From: a virus
Taxonomy: Duplodnaviria; Caudoviricetes
IMG/VR virus record: IMGVR_UViG_3300046779_000606
Span: 1-34,750 of that record
Reading direction: 5' to 3' (one strand)
Length of the DNA stretch: 34,750 nucleotides
Shown: positions 17,234 through 23,775 of the stretch, one piece after another
Layout: the number at the start of each line of letters is the position of its first letter
How positions within the stretch are numbered: position 1 is the stretch's first letter
Position numbers and translations under genes: made by a program
The notes under the pieces: model-generated
The model's database searches: none
What the model was told of the DNA's origin: nothing
What the model saw: the letters and a program-made list of their open reading frames with translations, nothing else

Positions 17234-17766
17234 TTACTTTTAACGTATTAAAAAAGATCAACGTCAACAATCATACTGAAAAGAAAGGCAACTTAACCTA
17301 TCTTTCCTGGGCGTGGGCAGTAGATCAATTATTATCTAATGACCCAGCAGCCACCTGGGAATATAAAGAACCTAAACAATTTAACGACACCTTAATGGTA
17401 TTTTGCTCGGTGACGGCTTTTGGTAAAACTATGACCGCCCAGCTGCCTGTATTAGATTACAAGAATAAAGCGGTAGTAAACCCTGACGCCATGGCAGTTA
17501 ATACAGCTATGCAACGTTGCCTGGCCAAGGCTATTGCCCTCCATGGAATTGGTTTATATATTTACGCAGGCGAGGATGTGCCTCAAGAGCAACCAGCTTC
17601 AGACGAGGAAATAAACCAAGTATTAGAGGCTATAAATGAATCAGAATCTATTGAATCTTTAAAAGAAATATTTAAAGAGGCTCAAAAAAGGTTTGGTAGT
17701 CAACCTGATGTAATAACGACTATCCGTTCAGCACTATCAATTAAAAAAACTAAATTGGAGGAATAA
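17230..17766 (+). CDS. sak: Single-strand annealing protein, Sak/DUF1071 family
   Basis: EKKGNLTYLSWAWA...LPVLDYKNKA...NTAMQRCLAKAIALHGIGLYIYAGED. Confidence 0.88.
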   Translation: MITFNVLKKINVNNHTEKKGNLTYLSWAWAVDQLLSNDPAATWEYKEPKQFNDTLMVFCSVTAFGKTMTAQLPVLDYKNKAVVNPDAMAVNTAMQRCLAKAIALHGIGLYIYAGEDVPQEQPASDEEINQVLEAINESESIESLKEIFKEAQKRFGSQPDVITTIRSALSIKKTKLEE

Positions 17767-17767
17767 C

Positions 17768-17908
17768 ATGAAAAAAGTAATAGCAACTTTAGGAATTGTA
17801 GCTGCCTTGTTTGCAATCAAAGCTTATGCTTGCTACACACAAACTTATATCGTAAATGGCAAGATTATTACTTGCACCACTTGCGGTAATGTTACTAACT
17901 GTTTTTAG
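17768..17908 (+). CDS. Secreted Cys-rich micro-protein (46 aa), not in ORF track
   Basis: GGAGG RBS; MKKVIATLGIVAALFAIKAYA|CYTQTYIVNGKIITCTTCGNVTNCF; Sec signal peptide with A-x-A site. Confidence 0.75.
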   Translation: MKKVIATLGIVAALFAIKAYACYTQTYIVNGKIITCTTCGNVTNCF

Positions 17909-17916
17909 GAGGATAT

Positions 17917-18132
17917 ATGAATCAACAAGAACGCTTAACAAAGTATTTAGAAAAACATGGCAAGATTGACCCATTAAAAGCATGGTCTCAATTAGGCATA
18001 TATCGGTTAGCAGATACTGTTTTTAACTTACGCAAAAAAGGTTATGAAATTAAAACCAATACTAAAAAAGTTAAAAATAGATATAAAGAAGTTTGTGTGG
18101 TAGCTGAATACAAGTTGGAGCCTCAAAAATGA
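17917..18132 (+). CDS. Winged helix-turn-helix protein
   Basis: Q..RL..YLEKHGKIDPL.A...LGIYRLA..VFNLRKKGYEI; AGGAGG RBS. Confidence 0.8.
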   Translation: MNQQERLTKYLEKHGKIDPLKAWSQLGIYRLADTVFNLRKKGYEIKTNTKKVKNRYKEVCVVAEYKLEPQK

Positions 18133-18764
18133 TTGCCAACGATTGCACGCATTTAGAGCAAGGCTCAACCGAATGGGTTATGGCAAGGTTGGGCTTTGTA
18201 AGCGCCAGCAACATAGCAGAAGTTATGTCTAAAGGTAAAACAGGCGAGGCCATAGGTCGCAAGAAGTATAAAACTCGCCTTGTAGCTGAAAGGCTAACTA
18301 TGCAACCTTTAGAGTCTTATTCTAATGACGCCATGGCATGGGGAGTTGAAAATGAACCGTTGGCAGCCATGGCTTATGAGGCAGCAACAGGCACGTTTTT
18401 AGAAAAGACAGGCTTTTGGAAGCATCCTGAAATTCAATGGCTTGGTGTTTCACCTGATCGTTTGCTAGGCGACAAACATTTAATTGAAATCAAGTGTCCA
18501 AATACGACAACGCATTTAGATTATATATTTGAAAATAAAGTGCCTGGCGATTACTACAAACAAATCCAATGTCAATTATGGGTTACAGGTCGCGAGTGGG
18601 CAGATTTTGTTTCATACGACCCACGATTACCATTTAAAAATCGTTTGTTTATTAGTCGCGTTGAAAAAGACGAATCAATGATTAAAGAAATGGAATTAGA
18701 AGTAAAACAGTTCCTATCTGAAGTTGAAGAGTTAATTTTACGTTTAGAAAATGACAAAAATTGA
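18129..18764 (+). CDS. YqaJ/lambda-exonuclease family recombination nuclease
   Basis: EQGSTEW..ARLG.VSAS; WG..NEP.A; SPD; IEIKCP; QIQCQL. Confidence 0.92.
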   Translation: MIANDCTHLEQGSTEWVMARLGFVSASNIAEVMSKGKTGEAIGRKKYKTRLVAERLTMQPLESYSNDAMAWGVENEPLAAMAYEAATGTFLEKTGFWKHPEIQWLGVSPDRLLGDKHLIEIKCPNTTTHLDYIFENKVPGDYYKQIQCQLWVTGREWADFVSYDPRLPFKNRLFISRVEKDESMIKEMELEVKQFLSEVEELILRLENDKN

Positions 18765-18768
18765 AAAA

Positions 18769-18777
18769 TGGTATAAT
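18769..18777 (+). promoter_or_regulatory. Extended -10 promoter upstream of the cell wall hydrolase gene
   Basis: Perfect TGnTATAAT in a short intergenic gap. Confidence 0.55.
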
Positions 18778-18808
18778 CCTATTTGGCAACTACACAGGGA
18801 GGTCTTTT

Positions 18809-19198
18809 ATGATCGACCAGGCGTTACTATGCCTCGCGCAAACCATATTCATGGAATCTAGCGTTGAGTCAAAAGAAGCACAAATATCAGTGGGTTACGT
18901 TCTTATGCGGCGCGCTGATTTTGATCCAAAGCAAGTGTGTTATGAAATGAAAAAACCTTATCAATTTACTTGGTATGGAAAAACTAAACCACCTGAACGT
19001 AAGGAAATCAATCCACATTTTCTTAATTTAGCATGGCGCATCATGCATAAACTAGAGCCTGATTATTCCTACGGCGCAACACACTTTCACGACAACTCAA
19101 TCAAAAAACCTATAAGCTGGTTTAAGCTTAAAAAGACTGTTCAATGGTCTCGTATGGTTTTTTATAAACAGGAGGAAACAAAATATGCACAATTTTAA
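18809..19198 (+). CDS. Cell wall hydrolase, SleB/Hydrolase_2 family
   Basis: CLAQTIFMES..E; YQFTW; GATHFH. Start moved to ATG 18809 (GGAGG RBS). Confidence 0.8.
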   Translation: MIDQALLCLAQTIFMESSVESKEAQISVGYVLMRRADFDPKQVCYEMKKPYQFTWYGKTKPPERKEINPHFLNLAWRIMHKLEPDYSYGATHFHDNSIKKPISWFKLKKTVQWSRMVFYKQEETKYAQF

Positions 19199-19451
19199 TC
19201 TTTACGCTAAACAAATTAATGGATTAGATTTACAATCCATTTTAAATCCTAAAAAGATGCAGATACCAAAACCCGATGTTACCTTGGAATATTATGTTTA
19301 CAGAGGCAAAAAAGGCTATGCTAGTTTTATCTCATCAAATACTAAAGAACGCAAAAGAGGATGTAACGTTAAATTAATATTTGACGGTGAAACTAATCTT
19401 TTAAAAGATGTTATTTTTGTTGAAGTGAATCATAAAAATAATCAAAAATGA
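19185..19451 (+). CDS. Hypothetical protein (88 aa)
   Basis: AGGAGG RBS. Confidence 0.65.
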   Translation: MHNFNLYAKQINGLDLQSILNPKKMQIPKPDVTLEYYVYRGKKGYASFISSNTKERKRGCNVKLIFDGETNLLKDVIFVEVNHKNNQK

Positions 19452-19561
19452 AAATATTTGATATAGTAATCAAAGTTTTAATGTTTTTTGGTTTTGTCGG
19501 TTTGTTAATCGGCATTTTTTTTATGCTTGAACTTTTATTTGGAACTCATATATGTCATTAA
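19448..19561 (+). CDS. Small membrane peptide (37 aa)
   Basis: MKIFDIVIKVLMFFGFVGLLIGIFFMLELLFGTHICH; overlaps both neighbours. Confidence 0.55.
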   Translation: MKIFDIVIKVLMFFGFVGLLIGIFFMLELLFGTHICH

Positions 19562-20766
19562 GAAAAGAGCAATTGTTGGAGGCGGTTGAAGCTTTTAATA
19601 AGACAGGAAGTGAAACTAAAGCAGCAGAGTTACTAGGTATTAAAAGAGCTTGTTTGCAGGGCAGGTTAAAGGCAGCAAAACTAGCCAACTTATTTAAAGC
19701 GTTACCACCTGAAACACAACTCCCACCTGAAATAGCTTTAAAAGATAAAATAAGAACTCTGGAAGCTCAAATAGCTTCATTCAATCGTGACGTATTAAGT
19801 GAAAATTACGTTAAGTCTAAAATTCTTAAAATGGCGGAAAAAAAACCGTCACCACCTAGCTGGCTAATAAAACCAAGTGCTAGTAAATCTGCTCCAGGCG
19901 TTCCGACACTATTTGCTTCAGATTGGCATTGGGGAGAGAACGTAGACCCTAATCAAATTAATAATGTCAATTCATATAATATGAAAATAGCTCACAAACG
20001 AGCCAAAAAAATGATAGAAGTGGCTATTGATTTATTAAATAATCACATGGTCAACCCTAAATATCCAGGCATAGTATTTGCGCTAGGCGGCGATATGGTG
20101 TCAGGCGATATTCACGAGGAACTTATGGCCACCAACGATGCCGAGATTATGCCTGTGGTTATAGACTTATTTGGTGTGTTAATTTGGTGTATATCTACCC
20201 TGGCGGATCAATTTGGAAAAGTCTTTGTGCCATGCGTAGGCGGTAACCATGGCCGCAATACCCACAAAATTAGAAACAAAGGCCGTAACTTTACGTCTTT
20301 TGATTGGCTAACTTATCAATTCCTAGCCAAACATTTTGAAACCGATAACCGAGTATCTTTCCACATACCTGACGGCCCTGACGCTATATATGCTATTTAC
20401 AACCATAAATACCTATTAACCCATGGCGATCAGTTTAGAGGCGGTGACGGCGTTATTGGTGCTTTAGGGCCTATCATAAGAGGCGACCATAAAAAGCGTT
20501 CTCGTAACGCTCAAATAGACATGGAATACGATACTATGATTATTGGCCATTTTCACCAGCTAATACAATTAGAGCGTTTAATAGTAAACGGCTCTTTAAA
20601 AGGCTATTGTGAATACGCTTACAGTAATAACTTTGGTTTTGAACCGCCAAGGCAAGCTTTATGGATAACGCATCCATATCATGGCATAACATTTTCTATG
20701 CCTGTCAACGTGGATGTATCTTTTGAAAATTCAGATAAATCAGAATGGGTAAGCTGGAAAGGTTAA
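19552..20766 (+). CDS. Calcineurin-like metallophosphoesterase with N-terminal HTH and coiled coil
   Basis: SDWH, GGDMVSG, GNHGR, THGD, GHFH; N-terminal TKAAELLGIKRACLQGRL. Confidence 0.85.
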   Translation: MSLRKEQLLEAVEAFNKTGSETKAAELLGIKRACLQGRLKAAKLANLFKALPPETQLPPEIALKDKIRTLEAQIASFNRDVLSENYVKSKILKMAEKKPSPPSWLIKPSASKSAPGVPTLFASDWHWGENVDPNQINNVNSYNMKIAHKRAKKMIEVAIDLLNNHMVNPKYPGIVFALGGDMVSGDIHEELMATNDAEIMPVVIDLFGVLIWCISTLADQFGKVFVPCVGGNHGRNTHKIRNKGRNFTSFDWLTYQFLAKHFETDNRVSFHIPDGPDAIYAIYNHKYLLTHGDQFRGGDGVIGALGPIIRGDHKKRSRNAQIDMEYDTMIIGHFHQLIQLERLIVNGSLKGYCEYAYSNNFGFEPPRQALWITHPYHGITFSMPVNVDVSFENSDKSEWVSWKG

Positions 20767-20767
20767 A

Positions 20768-21112
20768 ATGTCTGAAATTATTACAGAGCAAAGCGTAAAA
20801 ATGATTTATTCAATGCTTCGTAAATTGCCGCCATTTGATTCCTGGAAACTTCCACCTGCATCTAAAATAAAATTTAAAGTTGACCCTAATTTTAAGTTTA
20901 TGGGCGAGTTAGACGTTAAGCCTTACAAAATGACCTTTGGCACTAAACACCAAGAGCATTTTTTAAGCATAGTAACAACCGTGGCTCATGAAATGGTGCA
21001 TTTGCATTTATACCTTGAGGGAGTCGCGTCTTACAACCAACACAGGCGCATTTTTAGGCAAAAATCTGCTGAAATAGGGTCATTATATGGGTTTGACAGA
21101 AAAACGCTGTAA
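20768..21112 (+). CDS. SprT-like HExxH zinc metalloprotein
   Basis: TVAHEMVHL...H...F pattern. Confidence 0.65.
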   Translation: MSEIITEQSVKMIYSMLRKLPPFDSWKLPPASKIKFKVDPNFKFMGELDVKPYKMTFGTKHQEHFLSIVTTVAHEMVHLHLYLEGVASYNQHRRIFRQKSAEIGSLYGFDRKTL

Positions 21113-21163
21113 AAGCCCACAAAATGCGTTTTAGGGCTATATATTACTTTTTTGGAGGAAATA

Positions 21164-21457
21164 ATGAGCAAAACTAAAAAAACAACAGAAATTAAAACAA
21201 TTTTAGATGAGCGTGGCAAGAATTATGGTGATTTTATGGGTCATGCTCGTATTACTATGAAATTAAAACTTGCAATTGAAGGACATCTTGTAGAGTGTAA
21301 TAAAATTCCAATAAAAGCAGATCAGCTGGAAGCTTTACACATGATTTGTCATAAAATTGGTCGTATAGTTAATGGTAATCCTGATTATATAGATAGCTGG
21401 ATTGATATAGCTGGTTATGCTAAATTAGTGTCAGATAGATTAGAAAATAAAGATTAA
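21164..21457 (+). CDS. DUF6378-family protein
   Basis: LDERGKNYGDF...HKIGRIVNGNPDYIDSWIDIAGYA; GGAGG RBS before ATG 21164. Confidence 0.8.
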   Translation: MSKTKKTTEIKTILDERGKNYGDFMGHARITMKLKLAIEGHLVECNKIPIKADQLEALHMICHKIGRIVNGNPDYIDSWIDIAGYAKLVSDRLENKD

Positions 21458-21503
21458 TGATTTTACTGATGTTAATATGTTCACAAAATGCCAAAATCTA
21501 TAC

Positions 21504-21525
21504 ATATACATAATGTCATGTATAT
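21504..21525. promoter_or_regulatory. Perfect 8-bp inverted repeat upstream of the pqqA RBS
   Basis: ATATACAT-AATGTC-ATGTATAT. Confidence 0.45.
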
Positions 21526-21544
21526 ATTTTAAAGGAATATAACT

Positions 21545-21616
21545 ATGTGGACTAAACCAGCAGTTACAGAAATGAGATTTGGTTTTGAAGTTACTATGTA
21601 TGTTATGAATAAATAG
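21545..21616 (+). CDS. pqqA: Pyrroloquinoline quinone precursor peptide PqqA (23 aa), not in ORF track
   Basis: MWTKPAVTEMRFGFEVTMYVMNK: W..P, R.GFEV..Y with the E-x3-Y core; AAGGA RBS at 21532-21536; tandem TAG TAG stops. Confidence 0.95.
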   Translation: MWTKPAVTEMRFGFEVTMYVMNK

Positions 21617-21665
21617 TAGCTTTAAAAGGTGGATAGCGTTCCTCAGAAAAACATATCCAATTAAG

Positions 21666-21692
21666 AAAGGGCAGAAATGCCCTTTTTTATTT
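21666..21692 (+). terminator. Rho-independent terminator ending the rightward unit (possibly bidirectional)
   Basis: AAAGGGCA-GAAA-TGCCCTTT-TTTATTT at the point where the two transcription units converge. Confidence 0.85.
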
Positions 21693-21794
21693 TACCAATA
21701 GCAAATAATATATTCTAAAGCCAAATGTAAAGGCAAATAGCACATACATAGAAGGCTAACGCTAACAGTAAACGCAACCAAAACATCTATAAAA

Positions 21795-21959
21795 TTATTT
21801 ATTTTTGTGCGCCTTTGACATTGGCATCTTTTCGTGGGCTTTTAATTCACGAGCCAAGCTTTCAACTTTAGCTTTTTCTCTTTCCCAATCCTTCATCATA
21901 GCCATTTCTTTTTTCTCGTGACGGATTGAAGGTTCGCATTTTTCTATTTTGTATTTCAT
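21795..21959 (-). CDS. Hypothetical protein (54 aa), not in ORF track
   Basis: MKYKIEKCEPSIRHEKKEMAMMKDWEREKAKVESLARELKAHEKMPMSKAHKNK; AAGGA RBS immediately after the endolysin. Confidence 0.6.
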   Translation of the reverse strand: MKYKIEKCEPSIRHEKKEMAMMKDWEREKAKVESLARELKAHEKMPMSKAHKNK

Positions 21960-21962
21960 AAT

Positions 21963-22397
21963 TTATCCTTTAAAAGTTCTAGTTCCTGATTTATCAATAA
22001 TTAAATTTTGTTTTCTTGGGTTTTCTTTATTAAATGCAATATGAACCCATCTGTCAAATTCCAAAATAAGTTGATCGTAAACGACATCACTACCCATAAG
22101 GCAAACAACAATGTCACGAGGACTACCAAAGGCAGGGCAAACAAAATCAGCAGCCAAACCTTTAGTATGTGCGCTTGTAGGTTTGCTTCCAAGTGTTGCG
22201 TTAACGAGAGAACTACGATAAGCGCTGTTAATGTGTATAGGTTTGCCAAGTATAGACCTCACCTTTTCTAAATTGTCAGCCAAAAATTTTATATTGTTTA
22301 GAATTGCAGAATCTTTAGGCATATTGTCTATTCCTAAACGATCAGCTATTTCAGAGGCATATAATTCCTCTAAAGTGAAATGCGGTGTCAACTTCAT
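21963..22397 (-). CDS. Endolysin, Peptidase M15A family
   Basis: LTPHFTLEE; INSAYR; SAHTKGLAAD; WVH zinc ligands. Confidence 0.9.
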   Translation of the reverse strand: MKLTPHFTLEELYASEIADRLGIDNMPKDSAILNNIKFLADNLEKVRSILGKPIHINSAYRSSLVNATLGSKPTSAHTKGLAADFVCPAFGSPRDIVVCLMGSDVVYDQLILEFDRWVHIAFNKENPRKQNLIIDKSGTRTFKG

Positions 22398-22783
22398 TTC
22401 TTTAATTTTTCAACAGTTCTTAATGTTCCCATACCTAATAGGCCAAGTAAGACTGTTAAAAGAGTGTCCATTTGAAATGGCACAAGAATAGGTTGCTGTC
22501 CCCATAACATGAGAAAGTAGTTAAATAAGGGTAAGATAACGAAGTGAAGTCCAAAGGCAATAGAACATATCCAGCCAACAGAAGGCCTCCAACCTGATTT
22601 AAAAAAACTGTCGGATTGAGCTTCAATAGCGTTAACTTTAATCTGTTCAATAGCAAGTTGAAATTCCTGTCCTGCTAATAATGTTTGTAGTTGTTCTTGG
22701 GCTTCTTTGCGTTTGTTTGTATCAGGAATAACTTTTTCTAATACAGAGCCAACTATGCTTACAACGGAGTCAATAATGCTCAT
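22394..22783 (-). CDS. Holin, 3TM/GTA-holin (DUF3154) family
   Basis: EAQSDSFFKSGWRPSVGWIC...LLGLLGMGTLRTVEK; adjacent to the endolysin. Confidence 0.85.
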   Translation of the reverse strand: MSIIDSVVSIVGSVLEKVIPDTNKRKEAQEQLQTLLAGQEFQLAIEQIKVNAIEAQSDSFFKSGWRPSVGWICSIAFGLHFVILPLFNYFLMLWGQQPILVPFQMDTLLTVLLGLLGMGTLRTVEKLKK

Positions 22784-23019
22784 TATTTTTTATCTTGCTT
22801 TGATTCTAATTTGTCAAATAAACGTTCAAGGATCGCTTCAATCTTGTCAAAACGTGCATTAATGTCTATTTTTTTAACATAGTTATCTGCTACGTTTAAT
22901 TCTAACTTTTGCACATCGTCTTTTAAATTTTGTGTGGCTTCCCATAATTGTCTAGCAAACCAACCAATAGCAGTTAAACCTGCACCAACTAAAATATTAA
23001 ATAAAGATTGAAATTCCAT
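22783..23019 (-). CDS. Membrane-anchored coiled-coil protein of the lysis cassette
   Basis: N-terminal TM helix plus coiled coil; start moved to ATG 23019 (AAGGA RBS). Confidence 0.6.
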   Translation of the reverse strand: MEFQSLFNILVGAGLTAIGWFARQLWEATQNLKDDVQKLELNVADNYVKKIDINARFDKIEAILERLFDKLESKQDKK

Positions 23020-23027
23020 GATAGTCC

Positions 23028-23774
23028 TTATGATTTCATTATGTAGCAAAGTGCATAGTATGGAGGAATGTTAGCACCTGTTCCGCTTGTTCCTGATGTA
23101 GCGACTGTTGTGGCTGTTGCAACAGTGACGCCTGTTGTTGCAGTAGATGTATTGCTTGATCCACTTCCACGATAACCTGGAGCTGCGCCACCGCCACCAA
23201 TAACATCTGCCGCAGCGTAAGGAACTGTATGTAAGTGACCAGGATCAGTAACTGTTGATGTAGATGTTGCTGTATGGTTATGAGATACAACAATTGCATC
23301 AGCAGAGCCGCCTGTGGCATTAACTGCGTAAGCGTCACCAGCACCAATTAAAAATCTGTTTCTTAAATCAGGTGTGCCGTTTGAGCCATCACATAAATAG
23401 TAACCTACAGGAATAGAGCCTACTGAACCTGACCATAAAAGAATCATACCTGAAGGCACAGTAGATGATGATGTAGGAATAGTTCCTAAAATACCGTAAA
23501 TATTGTCGTAGGTATAAATTAAAACGTCTGCTGAATCTCTTAAAACTAGCTTATAGTTATAGCCATAAGTTAGCCATAACTCTTCAGGAAGCTTACCGTC
23601 AGAACCTAAAATAATTGGGTTAGAGTTAGCAATTGTGCCGTCAATAGTTGTATACGACGCTAAAGGTGTGGATGAGCCAGCTTGGTAAGTGTATAACTTT
23701 CCACCTGCTAATGGCAGACCTGTAGTTCCTAAAAAGCTTATTCCGTTTCCTATTGGTGATAAATTAACTGCCAT
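23028..23774 (-). CDS. Short tail fibre: virion-anchoring N-domain plus collar-like domain
   Basis: GLPLAGGKLYTYQAG..TP...NPIIL; VPSGMILLWSG...LCDGSNGTPDLRNRF; NIPPYYALCYIMK. Confidence 0.8.
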   Translation of the reverse strand: MAVNLSPIGNGISFLGTTGLPLAGGKLYTYQAGSSTPLASYTTIDGTIANSNPIILGSDGKLPEELWLTYGYNYKLVLRDSADVLIYTYDNIYGILGTIPTSSSTVPSGMILLWSGSVGSIPVGYYLCDGSNGTPDLRNRFLIGAGDAYAVNATGGSADAIVVSHNHTATSTSTVTDPGHLHTVPYAAADVIGGGGAAPGYRGSGSSNTSTATTGVTVATATTVATSGTSGTGANIPPYYALCYIMKS

Positions 23775-23775
23775 T

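Noticed and set aside
21114-21138. Weak hairpin AGCCC...GGGCT between the HExxH and DUF6378 genes
   Set aside because: Short bulged stem without an adjacent U-tract; not enough to call a terminator.
21459-21700. tRNA, attP site or complete pqq operon near pqqA
   Set aside because: No cloverleaf or T-arm motif seen, no integrase, and the flanking ORFs lack radical-SAM, PqqC or PqqD features.
21693-21794. Possible hydrophobic micro-ORF after the 54-aa gene (MFWLRLLLALAFYVCAICLYIWL, minus strand), considered as a spanin-like gene
   Set aside because: No RBS, very short and no lipobox; a second open frame there lacks a convincing start. No spanin pair could be supported.
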